From Albugo candida (taxonomy: Eukaryota), in NCBI GenBank assembly GCA_040437565.1, contig JBDOQK010000030.1:310001-374000 (forward strand): a stretch of DNA of 64,000 nucleotides. Direction: 5' to 3'. Of the stretch, positions 37,912 to 51,244 are shown one piece after another. The notes below the pieces were generated by a model. The model ran no database searches. It had not been told where the DNA came from and worked only from the letters and a program-made list of their open reading frames with translations. Numbering within the stretch: the stretch's first letter is position 1; every line of letters starts with the position of its first letter. The position numbers and the translations under genes are program-made.

Positions 37912-38632
37912 ATGGCAACACGAGTCATCAATCTAGCTCAAGTCCACGATGATTCGCCCGATCTCCACACGAAATTGGCAATGATTGCTGTGGTACGTTT
38001 TGTTATGTAACCGATCTGAGAGGAACACCGTTTTATTTGGATAAACTCGATAGTCAGACGGAAGTGACGAGCTGGAGACACTCATTCTTTACGACGTATT
38101 GAAGCGAGCCAATATACGAGTGATTCTAGCCGCATGTAGCACTAAAGACGGGAAAATCGTGCACACGTCTCATGGAATGAAATTAGTCACGACATCACCC
38201 GTAGAGGACTCTGTGGACTATAATATTGATTTGATTGCGCTTCCAGGGGTACGCGTGTACAATCGCTTGATAAAGTGTCTGATGAAATGACGTGGTTAGG
38301 GCGAGACATTGGATGGGTTACGAGACTGTGAGGTGTTGATCAAACTGTTGAAAAAGCAAGTGGAGAAGGGAAAATGGATTGCGGCGTTATCCAATGCGCC
38401 TGCAGAAATTTTGATGCCGCACTTACTGTTGGATGGGAAAGCTACGTGTCATCCATCCAAAGCTCGAGACATGACTGGATATTTTGTGGACCAGGATTTT
38501 GCCGTCACCAAGACTTGTATCACTAGCCAAGGTCAAGGCACCGCCATGCGTTGCGCACTTAAATTGGTGGAGATACTTTGTGGTCATGAAACCGCAAAAC
38601 GTGTGGCGAATGAGATATTATTCACGTTGTGA
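37912..38632 (+). CDS. DJ-1/PfpI (ThiJ) family protein lacking the catalytic Cys
   Basis: AMIAV|SDGSDELE, LIALPG|G, IAALSNAP, KATCHP and ITSQGQGTAMRCALKLVEILCG. Introns 37993-38053 and 38249-38299. Confidence 0.88.
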
Positions 38633-39415
38633 GAGTAAGGATTGCGTCATGAGTAACAGCGGTAGGGCTACCCACAAACGAGGCGACCGTATATGTAAAC
38701 AAGTTTTAAGACTCTCATGGAACGTTTCTCTTTGAGATGGGCAATTGCTTCATGACTGTTATACTTTATCAAACCGCACTTGAGCTCAAATTCTCGAACG
38801 TGAAGGATAGAAGATGCGCTGTCGACTACACACGAACATATGTACCGTACATATAGATGAACACGTTCGTAGATGCTTCCCCTCATAGAGAGAATATGGC
38901 GACAGGTGCACGCAACATGTACCAATTTGTGGTCGCGGCAAGATGAATTTATTACATACACACCCGTCTTGATTCAAAAATGCGATGGGTTACTTGAAGG
39001 TGATAGTGGACAAAAATTGCACGCTGTCAAACTAAAATTTGATAGATTCTTTGCACTCAACTTCAAGGCTACTAAATGCGCTCGTTTGTGTGTATTGCAT
39101 GGAGCATCATCGATTGCGAGTGAGTCCTTTAACTTTCCTAGCAAAAGAGCCAGTAGTAGGGGTAGGGGTCGCATATTCACACAAATTACAACTTGGGGTA
39201 GGGATGTCTTACAGTACGTGACTTTTTTTACTCAAAAGTTCATTTTTGTCGTCCTTCATTCTCGAAATTGCGTCACAAAGCGTACGTCAAAGGTCAAACT
39301 TTAGCCAATAATAGCACCTACAATACAAACGATCATCCGATCTCATCTCACTAACACTATTGTAGACACAATCACTTTATAATTAGACTCTGAACGGATA
39401 CATTGAATCGCTCCC

Positions 39416-40804
39416 ATGCTTGCGCTATTATATGAAAAATTTCATCGCACTGAAAGGCAAGTCATACATTCACTCTCGCCTTCAACCAAAATAAATTCGT
39501 GCGGTTCCACAATTCAAAGTACATGTCCAAAACAAGGGACAAAACGCACAATTCACGATCGATTACGCGAATTGATGGGCGACGAAATCACCGAAGAAGA
39601 GTTTTGGAACCGGTTTACCTTTGGTAAAATCCTCGGCACAGGCTCAACCTGTAAAGTGTATGAGGCTTTTGATACTGTCACCAATGAGACTGTTGCTGTC
39701 AAAGTGTTTGACAAGGTTGCGATGATCGAAACCCGGTGCTCTATGGCCGCGTCCGAAGACAAAATCGTAAAAGAACGCGCTGTTGATCGTGCACGTCGTC
39801 GACTCCTCAAGATCATTTCGGAACTGGAAATTGTGAAAACGCTGCATCATCCAAATATCATTCAATTTCGTGGCGCTTACGAAACCTCACATCGCATCTG
39901 TATTGTGTATGAAAGGACACAAGGATCGGATCTGTTAGAGTACCTCTTAGCGCATGGGAGGATGCAGGAACCGCAGGCCGCTTACGTCGCGAGACAATTG
40001 CTCTCTGCAGTGCGATATTGCCATGACAGGCGTTTGTATCATCGCGACTTGAAACTCGAAAAGTGAGTACATTTGATGTAATTTTTTATGTAGTATCCAC
40101 TCATTCTGTTGTTATGTAGCGTGTTAATTTCACCCGATTTGAAAGTGAAACTTATCGACTTTGGACTCTCCGAGTACGTTCCTGAGGGAAAACAACTTCA
40201 CTCTGTTTGTGGTACACCTTTGTATTGTAGCCCTGAAATACTGTTCATGAATACATCCAGCGAGTATACCCGTGACGGATTTGAGGGAGGTCCAGCAGAT
40301 GTTTGGAGTGTTGGTATATTTATCTTTGCAGTTTTGACCGGATGTGCTCCTTTTGATGACTCGACATTGATGCGTTTACGTGAAGACGTTTTCAAAAATT
40401 CCGTGTGTTTTCCGCCTTATTTATCATACGAAGTGAAAAGCATGTTAAAGGCCATTCTGGTGCAGGATCCCGCTTTACGCCCGACAGTACAAGAATTGAT
40501 GCAACACCGCTGGATCAAGGCGAAAGGACTTCACGAAACGCAACTGGTTGTCTCGCACTCTCCTCACACATATTGCAAGTTTTCTAGAAGTAAGACCGTA
40601 TCATTATCACCACGAAGCAAGGCCTCTGTACTCCATCGATTGCTTTTCCGGCCGAGTAGTGATGGAACAGAGAAAACAGCTCGATCCAGTCTCAGCTATG
40701 ATGAAATTAGTCATGAGCTATCAAAATGGAACTTGGGAAATGTCGATTCACTCGATAGGTCGGATACTCGACGCATCATGCACAATGCGTTCTCATTCAC
40801 CTGA
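39416..40804 (+). CDS. CAMK/CAMKL-group Ser/Thr protein kinase
   Basis: GTGSTCKV, VAVK, HRDLKLE|N, DFG, CGTPLYCSPE and DVWSVG. Intron ~40063-40119. Confidence 0.92.
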
Positions 40805-40899
40805 ATCGGTTCTCATGTATTTATTGTATTACCTGTGGATATTCAGTTATGGAGAATGCAGATATAGTAGTATTGATATATAACGATAGAGAAAGATAC

Positions 40900-41826
40900 T
40901 TAACTGGACATATCCTTTGCTCGAGCTTTCATCTTTAAGGCTGCATTGGCTTCATTTGCTTGTTGTATGAGCGCATCGGCACGCGCTTTTGCCTCTTGCG
41001 CTTTGAGTAACGCGAGCTCACGACGTTTTTTCGCCTCCTCTTTTGTCTGATCAATACGAGTCTTCTGCACTTGAAGCTCACGCAATCGACTCTCTTCCTC
41101 GACATTCAAACTGTGATCGATTTGTCGACGCGCCATATCTCGTACTGTTCTTGTCGCGTGGATGGCTTTCTCGCGCATTTCTTCGGCTCGTAATCGTGCT
41201 TCTTCAGCCCGGTTTTCTGCTTCCTTACGCCGAAGTACGGCTTCCTCTTTTTTCTTTTCTAACAGTGAAAGAGCATTTTCTTGCTCCACTCTCATACGGT
41301 TGTCTTCCCATTCGCTTATTTTAGCGACTCGCTCGGCGTTTTTCTCCTCAAACGTTACAGTCGCTTCTTTTACCTTTAAACACATTTCCTGCGCATGCGA
41401 CTTACTATCCAAAATACGTTGCATCGCGTCGCGTTTCTTGCCTGTGGCTTCATTGCGTTTCTGTTTGATTTCAGCGCTTCCTGCATTGAATACGAGGTCT
41501 TGCAAATCCGTACTTTGGTCATAGTCTTTCAGTATGCGTTCTCGTTCCTTGTATTCTGCCAGAGAAGCCGCACAAACCGCTTCAATCAGTTTCCGATCGG
41601 CTTCCTCTTCCGCTTGAGCGCGAGTTCGCCTTGTTTCTTCCCAATTTTGATGCGATGATCCTGATGTCGTCGACGAAGTAGGCGACTGCGTTCTGCTTTC
41701 TAGTTCAAGAAGCGAATTGGGTGACAACACTTGAGCCAATTCGCTCGGCTTTGATAAGGAGCTGGCGTAGGAGTGATGATCACTTTCCAAACTGGTTTGG
41801 TACGGTGCACTTGGATTCGTGTTCAT
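40900..41826 (-). CDS. Coiled-coil protein with a UIM-like motif
   Basis: Intronless 308-aa ORF with an E/K/R/A-rich helical C-terminal half. EEEADRKLIEAVCAASLAEY resembles a ubiquitin-interacting motif. Confidence 0.75.
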   Translation of the reverse strand: MNTNPSAPYQTSLESDHHSYASSLSKPSELAQVLSPNSLLELESRTQSPTSSTTSGSSHQNWEETRRTRAQAEEEADRKLIEAVCAASLAEYKERERILKDYDQSTDLQDLVFNAGSAEIKQKRNEATGKKRDAMQRILDSKSHAQEMCLKVKEATVTFEEKNAERVAKISEWEDNRMRVEQENALSLLEKKKEEAVLRRKEAENRAEEARLRAEEMREKAIHATRTVRDMARRQIDHSLNVEEESRLRELQVQKTRIDQTKEEAKKRRELALLKAQEAKARADALIQQANEANAALKMKARAKDMSS

Positions 41827-42890
41827 TACAATATGTTAAATGCGTCTTTCTCTCAAGTGCTCAATAAATGGTACCCATTCAAAGCCCTACCCGCCATGAC
41901 ACGACAGTTGGAAGTGTATCTCCTCTGCGGTAACCGATGGGAAAATGTTCCAAGGATAAACGAGTATGTCGTTTATGTGAAATGAATACTTGTCGCTTAC
42001 GTTTTCCTAGGACATATATTACCGTAAAGCCAAAGAAGCAAAGTACCGTGCACGTTCCGCGTTCAAATTAATTCAACTCGACGACACGTTTTCATTCTTA
42101 CAAGGTACCCTCACATTATAATATCCCTCCGAATTTGCTACAATTCAACACATTCATCTAGGTGCGACTCGAATTGTGGATCTTTGCGCTGCGCCTGGCG
42201 GCTGGAGTCAGGTGATCGTTGAACGCTTGCGACAGAGCCAGAAACGCACTGATGAAGCGAGAAAGATCATCGCGGTTGACTTGATGGAAATGGCACCTAT
42301 CGAAGGCGTACATCAGCTCAAAGGTGACATCACACACGCTGAAACCGCCAACGCAATTATTTCGTACTTTGGCGGATCAAAAGCGCATGTTATTGTTATG
42401 GACGGCGCACCAGATGTTATTGGATCATACGATTGGGATGAATATATACAGGCACAATTAGTTTTAGCAGGTCTACATTTGAGCCTATCCATCCTCGAGG
42501 AAAATGGGATATTTGTCGCCAAAATTTTCCGGGGTGCACAAGTCTCTCTACTGTTTACTCAACTAAATCAATATTTCAGCAAAGTCACGTGCGCAAAGCC
42601 AAAAGCGAGTCGAAATTCAAGTTTTGAAGCATTTGTTGTGTGCGAAGGTTTTGTATCACCAGAGAAGGTATATCAAATTGCACAGGAACCTTATTTGTTG
42701 GATTATCAAGATCTTAGAGTCAACGAATCCAATGCAATGGAAAGAGCTCGCTCCATATATGCGTCCGTTCAGTTCCGTGGGTGCGGAGACGTGTGTGGTG
42801 ACGATGCAGACCAGTCGTATCCTTTGGAAGACTTGACAGAAGCTCCCAGTACGCACACTTACCGGCACCAAGAACCGCTTCAGAAACCCA

Positions 42891-43696
<806 letters not shown>

Positions 43697-43796
43697 ATCA
43701 AATTATACCGACACTGTATAGCTCTAGTAACACTAATTTCTACAATGTATTAATTGTCAGCAACATACCTTTCCCAATGAATTGCAATGAATTGTC

Positions 43797-45954
43797 TCAG
43801 TCGCTGTCGCTGTCCAAAAGACAAATAACGGATTGCGGTATCGAATTTCCATTCGACTGACATACCATCGACTGCGAATGACTCCCATTTGCCACCGGCA
43901 GCGCGTTTCGATGCGAATTTGATGTCAATGCCGAAAACACATTCTGTACCAGAAAATTGGTTCCATTGCAACGGTTGGCTTCTGTGAGCGCGTCGTTCCT
44001 GTCCGTAAATGTCGAAATGGATGGAAGAACGTTCTCATCGGGCTTTGTCGACTCGATTCCTAAAGGATCGACGGAAGCCGAGGAAAGCGCTGGAAACAAA
44101 TGCGGCCAAGAATCTTCCGAACTCAATGCGCCCGCTACCTCGTTTTCATTTGTTCGACACGCACTCCATTGTTTACTTTTGTAAAATGAATTCGTCGCAT
44201 TGGAAGTATTCAACTGCGCCATTGTCGCAGAAGACGCTAAACTTTCCCATAATTCGCTTTCTGACAATAAAATGTCTTGATTCTCGACTTCATTTTCGTG
44301 CATATTTGTACCCGTTTTGCTCTCAGTGTCATTTTCTTCGTCGCTCGAAAGCAAATCGATGGCAATTGTCTCTTTGGACTTTTTCGTGAGATCGGTTTCA
44401 TTCTCTAATTTCGCGATCTTCAGCTTTTTGATAGATGGCGAGCAGCTCCCATTTTCTTCCTCCGTCAAACGCACTTTCCACGTCCCATCCGGAAATATCT
44501 CAACATGTTCGACGCCTTCCAGTTGCCCGTTTTCTTTCAATAATTTGCTCAGGAAAGGATCCACTCGAAGATCTGCAAGTCGGATAAACTACTCGAATTA
44601 GCAATTATTGCACAATTGTTTGAATGTGATGACTTACCTTGTGGCAGATCACGCACATCCAAGGCTTCGATCGTGCTTTACGACTGTATAGTAGAAACGT
44701 CTTGAGATCAAAACACTGCAAATGTTTACAATTTGTTCCACGAGCAGGTCGATTGATCATACAAAGTCCGAGCGGACATCGAAGTGATAAGAGTGTGCAT
44801 GTTGTCTCGACGCCGTCGTTGCTCTTGTCAAACGAACCTTCGACTTGTTCTTTTGCTTCCACAAATGTCATTTGACTCGAATTCTTTTCTACCAAACTGA
44901 TTATTGAATCTATAGTTTGCGTTTGTACGATTTGAATCATAAATGCAAAAATCGACGGATTTTCTTTACATCGAATTTCAATGATATTGAGTCCTTTTCG
45001 ACTTACTGCAATTAAATTGAGCGGAATTTCACGGAGCACCTTGGACGGATTTGTATGACCGGGTGGTGATCGCTGTGTGATGGATGTCGGCATTCCGTTG
45101 ACAATAATGAACGTGCAAGTCGGCCAGCAATGTCCTCTTCTGAGATCGTCTTTGACGTCAAAACATCGCAATTGAAGCTCCAGCGGGCAATTTGTGTTCT
45201 GCTGAAATTGCAAATTGGCAAAATCCGAGTCGCCCAAAACATATTCCAATTGAAACGCTCTGGAAGAGTTGATAAATCGTACAAAAAAAGGTTTGACAAT
45301 TGTTTTCTTCAATCGAAAAAACGGATCCAATTGTTCTGAACGACAAAACTCGCAAATATATTGATTGGATTGATCGATATTTTGGGCGTTGAGATCCAAT
45401 TGATGGCATTTCGTGTGCACTTTGAGACTGCATGCAATGCAGCTGACGATACGATGAACAAGCGGAGGTCCTAGCCGCGGATTGCAGAAACAACGCGCAT
45501 GATCCATGGAAGGATAGGAATTTAATTGCAATATCTCGACATTAGATATGGAAGGAGATGGATTTTGTAAAGGTCCGGTATAAAATGACGGAGGTAAAGT
45601 TTCATTGGGGTACCTTCTTGCAGGAGGTATACTCGTCGTATACGTCTGGGGTACGGAAGTGGCTGGAGGGTAGACATGCTGCTGAACATTTGCGTACGTT
45701 TGCATTTCGATGCACTTGAGCGCGACATCAATTTGACCGACGTAAAATGCAGAGGTGATGGCGTTGGACGTGTGATATTCGACTGCTTTTTTATCGAATT
45801 GTTCTAGTGCTGCTGCGATTCGTTCGACCAGCTCGCATTTCTTACCAGAGCGCGTTAAATTCATTGCAATTAATACATGACGCAATTCATTCATGCGCAA
45901 TTCTTTGAGTTTAGTACGAATTTGAAGTAGTCGTAAATCACGTACTTGTGACAT
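43797..45954 (-). CDS. SIZ1: SIZ/PIAS SUMO E3 ligase (SAP-PHD-PINIT-like-SP-RING)
   Basis: SAP: LRMNELRHVL..MNLTRSGKKCELVERI. PHD: CFC..CIAC..VHTKC..CEFC. SP-RING: SLRCPLG..PARGTNCKHLQCFD..WMCVICHK. Intron ~44638-44590. Confidence 0.9.
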
Positions 45955-46304
45955 TCTGAATTTTACACGGAAGGATCACACTCGAAGGGAGAACGATTCA
46001 AATCTGTCGCTTTTTGTAATTCACGTTAAATCACCGTGTTGCGTTACAGCGAGTTTCAATCTGTACAATGCACAAACTATTTGTTCGATTGCATCAGGAC
46101 ACCTTACAGCATCACAATCATCTCACCCGCTTTTGTAATAAAAACCGTTCTCACCAACCGACTCACACTGTAGAAACAACGACCTACCACACTTTGTAAT
46201 TATTGTAAATTCGCATCTTATTCTGTAAATCATCCGCTTTCCTTTTTCGCGCGCGCAAATAAAAGGAATGCACATTGTACAAAAGCATCTACTTTTTCTT
46301 CTCT

Positions 46305-48228
46305 CTACGTTTGTTTGCTGTCGGTGAATCCCAAACCTTTATCCAAATCACTATGCGTTGGCAAATGATACGCAAACCAGCGGTGTCGTCGGATGGCGCC
46401 CAGTGTCAGCCGATCGTGTGGTTCTTTTTGTAATATATGTTGAATCAAATCGCGTGCAGCAGGCGACACAAACGTCGGAATACGTACCGGACACTGGATG
46501 ATTTGATTCACAGTTTTATTTTGATCCTTAGATGCGAGAAGTAATGTTACTTTCACAAGACAACAAATGGACATGCAAACTTACATGCGCTTCGAATGGC
46601 GGCTTACCACACAAAAACTCGTACAATGTCACTCCAATTGCCCAAATATCAACAGATGTGTCGTACGGAGTGCCTCGTACCATTTCGGGCGATAGATAAT
46701 CTAACGTCCCACAAAGCGTCTCGCGACGATTGTGATTGGTGACGTTATGACTCGACCACCCAAAATCAGCCAACAGTAGCTGATCTTCGCTAGATAGCAA
46801 CAAGTTTTCGGGTTTGATATCGCGATGTATCACATTTTGTGTGTGGCACGTTTGTATAGCACTATATATTGGAATCGATATGATTTCTATAATTTCGAAT
46901 AGAGCCACATACCTCACAAGTTGCGCGATATAACGAGCTGATTGGCGCTCACTAAATCTTCGTCTGGGTGCGTTCTGCAACTTCCTATAGAGATCACCAC
47001 CCGAGGCATGCTGTAACACCAAGTAGACACGTCGAGAGTCCTGAAAGGTAGCGTATAGCTGCAGAATATTCGGATGTCGTATGCGTGAATGGATTTCAAC
47101 CTCTTTCTTCAATTGANNNNNNNNNNNNNNNNNNNNNNNNNNNNNNNNNNNNNNNNNNNNNNNNNNNNNNNNNNNNNNNNNNNNNNNNNNNNNNNNNNNN
47201 NNNNNNNNNNNNNNNNCTCGATGATTTGATTCACAGTTTTATTTTGATCCTTAAATGCGAGAAGTAATGTTACTTTCACAAGACAACAAATGGATATGCA
47301 AACTTACATGCGCTTCGAATGGCGGCTTACCACATAAAAACTCGTACAATGTCACTCCAATTGCCCAAATATCAACAGATGTGTCGTACGGAGTGCCTCG
47401 TACCATTTCGGGCGATAAATAATCTAACGTCCCACAGAGCGTCTCGCGACGATTGTGATTGGTGACATTATGACTCGACCACCCAAAATCAGCCAACAGT
47501 AGCTGATCTTCATTAGATAGCAACAAGTTTTCGGGTTTGATATCGCGATGTATCACATTTTGTGTGTGGCACGTTTGTATAGCACTACATATTGGAATCG
47601 ATATGATTTCTATAATTTCAAATATAGCCACATACCTCACAAGTTGTGCGATATAACGAGCTGATTGGCGCTCACTAAATCTTCGTCCGGGTGCGTTCTG
47701 CAACTTCCTATAGAGATCACCACCCGAGGCATACTGTAACACCAAATAGACACGTCGAGAGTCCTGAAAGGTGGCGTATAGCTGCAGAATATTCGGATGT
47801 CGTATGCGTGAATGGATTTCAACCTCTTTCTTCAATTGATGGACAACACCTGCGTTACGTAATTGGTCCTTTAGCAAGATTTTTAAAGCGACGATTTTTT
47901 TGGATTTCTTTTCGCGGGCGAGATACACACGACCAAATTTACCACGGCCCAGTATTCGACCTATTTCGAAATCCTGTATACTCCACGATTTCTTGGTCGA
48001 TGCATCGTTATAATCGGATTGTGACCTGTTCCATTGCATTACCTCTTTTGTAGTAGCTGAATGCGCCGGAATTGTCAAGGTATTTCGGCATGTAACGGTC
48101 AAGTCTCTCAGAGGGTAGCGAGGATTCGATTTTGTGCTTGTTTGTGAATCGTACTCTCTCTTCTTTTCCGCTACAGTAGAGCCATTGAGCTTACGACAAA
48201 ATGTCGCCTCCGACTGATTCAAAGGCAT
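46305..48228 (-). CDS. Aurora kinase (central part present twice across a gap)
   Basis: [57 protein letters not shown] and [16 protein letters not shown]. The 5' end is found only in the right copy and the last exon only in the left copy. Confidence 0.92.
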
Positions 48229-48925
48229 TCGAATCACCTTGTACCCAGATTGGTGCAAATTACGGTAACAGTGACCAATCAAATACCGTTATTGTATTTG
48301 TGCAAATTGGCATCATTCAATCAATTTTCTGCATCGGAACACAGAGATAGCGTCGATGCCTTTCAAGTTTATAGTATATATCAATTAATGCTTACACTCG
48401 CTGAAAGCATCAACTAACTTATGAATTGACCCCATGTCCAAAGTACGCATCGAACTTAACCTNNNNNNNNNNNNNNNNNNNNNNNNNNNNNNNNNNNNNN
48501 NNNNNNNNNNNNNNNNNNNNNNNNNNNNNNNNNNNNNNNNNNNNNNNNNNNNNNNNNNNNNNTTGTGCTTGTTTGTGAATCGTACTCTCTCTTCTTTTCC
48601 GCTACAGTAGAGCCATTGAGCTTACGACTAAATGTCGCCTCCGACTGATGCAAAGGCATTCGAATCACCTTGTACCCAGATTGGCGCAAATTACGGCAAC
48701 AGTGACCAATCAAATACCGTTATTGTATTTGTGCAAATTGGCATCATTCAATCAATTTTCTGCATGGGAACACAGAGATAGCGTCGATGCCCTTCAAGTT
48801 TATAGTATATATCAATTGATGCTTATATTCGCTGAAAGCATCAACTAACTTATGAATTGACCCCATGTCCAAAGTACGCATCGAACTTAACCTATGTCTT
48901 GTTCAATTTCATCAGTTGGACTCCA

Positions 48926-49525
48926 ATGAATACCGACAATTCCGCAAATATTTTCCACCAAATAGCGCAAGTGGACGCCCGCGCATTCCATGAAAATCAA
49001 TTTCAATCCCAATGGCAATATTTTGAGTACAGTGTCAAAATTCTATTAGCTCGTTGGACCGCACTTCGAATGGCAATTGAAGGAAAATGGGGTGGAGGCG
49101 ATATGCAACGCAAATCCGAGATTTTGTTGGAAGAAATTCTCAATGTATTCAAATATAGCAAAAATGTCCAGTACGTCGATATGGTTATAAATATTACAGA
49201 ATACGTCGATGTGCAATTTGGTTTGGTTTGTGAGGATGGCAGCATCGAAGAAATCGTAGAGTTGATGCTTACAATCGCTGAGGAATGCAAAAAAGGTGAC
49301 TACAATCGTATCCGCGTACTTCATGAAAAGATGCAAGCGCTTATACCAATTGATTTGAAGAATTCAAAATTTGAACAGGCAATCACAAGGAAACAGGAGG
49401 AAAGTCTGGAGGATGATAAATGCTTAGTTGACGATGAAGGATGGGCGACAATTCGGCGATCGTCTCGTATAAAAAGACCAGTCAAGATGTATGATCCAGC
49501 TGCTGAATTCCCTGGAGCCCAATGA
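48926..49525 (+). CDS. TSR2: Pre-rRNA-processing protein TSR2 (WGG domain)
   Basis: WTALRMAIEGKWGG, EDGSIEEI and C-terminal VDDEGWATI. Confidence 0.88.
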   Translation: MNTDNSANIFHQIAQVDARAFHENQFQSQWQYFEYSVKILLARWTALRMAIEGKWGGGDMQRKSEILLEEILNVFKYSKNVQYVDMVINITEYVDVQFGLVCEDGSIEEIVELMLTIAEECKKGDYNRIRVLHEKMQALIPIDLKNSKFEQAITRKQEESLEDDKCLVDDEGWATIRRSSRIKRPVKMYDPAAEFPGAQ

Positions 49526-49667
49526 GATTTGGGTTCGATGTCTAACGATCGAGTGAACTTTGTAGGCGATTGGTGGGCAAACATTAACAGTACATTTGTG
49601 AGCCACTCGAAAGATTTAATTTGAATAAGATAGAGACAGAAATTTCGTCTTCAAATTTCAATTCTTG

Positions 49668-50440
49668 GGTATTGATATCCCGACAACAATTTTTTCAAAT
49701 TACAACATGTCTAGGTAAATTATTACTATCACAACTCTTTTTTTTAACAAATGCATAAACGTTTTTATATTTCTAACCAATTACAACCATACACACCCAA
49801 ATTGTTGCTCCAACAACTTCAATCGAGAATTAGTTGTGATTGGCTAATACACAGAGCATTCCAGCTGTGATAGGCTAATACACAGAATGATCCAGCTGTG
49901 ATCGGCTGGTACATATGACAATTTCCATTTGACACCCACCATTTGAGCATCAGGCACAGGGAAAATGCAGGTGCAGCAATTGCGGAAAATTGGCCAAAAC
50001 AAGCGGTCTTGCAGACTTCCGGTTACAAGCTTAGAGTTAGGAAAAAACTTTGGTAAAAAATTTAGATATTTTTCCTTCACAGAATTTTTTCATAATACAT
50101 TTTATTTTCGGCCGTAAGTGTATAATAACTTTGCACCTTTACGACGCATTATAGCTCAACAAACGAGGAATGAACCGTCTATTTATGATAAGTGTTTAGC
50201 TCAGCTTAAGGTATCTATATTACTAGATTAGCGTTAGGCGTAAATGACTTTTATTAGTTAGAAATGTAAACATAGTTGTGGGAGTAATAATTCAAGTGGA
50301 TCTATCTAAATCTAATTTAGAAAAATAAATGTAATTTAAAAAGAAAGTTGTCGGGATATCAATACCACTAATTCTTGTTTTAAAAAAGTTGTGGGAGTAA
50401 TATTTAAGTAGGCATGGTGTAATTTGATACTAACATTGTA
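49668..50440. mobile_element. AT-rich non-coding element with inverted termini (MITE/foldback-like)
   Basis: ggtattgatatcccgacaac (49668) is the perfect reverse complement of gttgtcgggatatcaatacc (ending 50366). Imperfect inverted similarity continues inward and recurs at 50375-50430. There is no ORF, and no clear TSD was identified. Confidence 0.55.
49835..49913. repeat. 31-bp tandem repeat, ~2.5 copies
   Basis: tgtgattggctaatacacagagcattccagc / tgtgataggctaatacacagaatgatccagc / tgtgatcggctggtaca start at 49835, 49866 and 49897. Confidence 0.85.
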
Positions 50441-51244
50441 ATTNNNNNNNNNNNNNNNNNNNNNNNNNNNNNNNNNNNNNNNNNNNNNNNNNNNNNNNNN
50501 NNNNNNNNNNNNNNNNNNNNNNNNNNNNNNNNNNNNNNNNNNNCATCCAACTGGAACATTTAGTGAAAGATATTGCTTTTGTAGCAATCCTCGAGCTTCC
50601 ATGTCTGTGTTGTCGGTTCCAGTGCTGCGGTGTAACTCGTATTGCTTCTATCGAGTGTTGTAAGCCACCGCGCTATTGACCAAATGCACTGAAGACTACT
50701 ACATAGTTTACGGCTTGCGCAATCGACTTGTTCTGTTAGATGCTGATAATGAGATGTCTGAATGTGACTTTCGGTCACCACAAATTTGTTTGGTCCATAT
50801 CTTATGCCTGTGAAGATCCTCGAGGCCTTGAGGTATCAAACTTGTCAGCTTCTACACCTAAGGCCCTCGCTTTTACCTGGTGATCTGCCAGTACAGACCA
50901 ATCGTAGATGACAGAGATGCAAAAGCGATTGCCTATTCGAAGTCTATGCTGAATTCTGTTTCTATTTCTCCGTTATTGAATTCAAAACGAGAAAGAAAGC
51001 AATGGAATGGATGGTGGCCGGCCATCAGCTGAGCCGCAAGTCTGTTTATGCATACTGATTGGGTTGATATACAAAATTAATCCAGATGATCTGCTATAGC
51101 TTCTTACTACCATCACCTACTACTTCCATAATCCACAGCTGACGTCTCAACCACAGGAAGCCCCATTCCAGAGTGTGCATGATCGTACTTACTACAAAAC
51201 AACAAACAATGAGACACTTTGTATAATCTATGTAATATTGCACG

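Noticed and set aside
38873-39304. 143-aa ORF upstream of the kinase
   Set aside because: No motifs and unremarkable composition; more likely intergenic or UTR sequence.
49835-49913. 31-bp repeats as a CRISPR array
   Set aside because: The units are contiguous with no unique spacers, the context is eukaryotic, and there are no cas genes.
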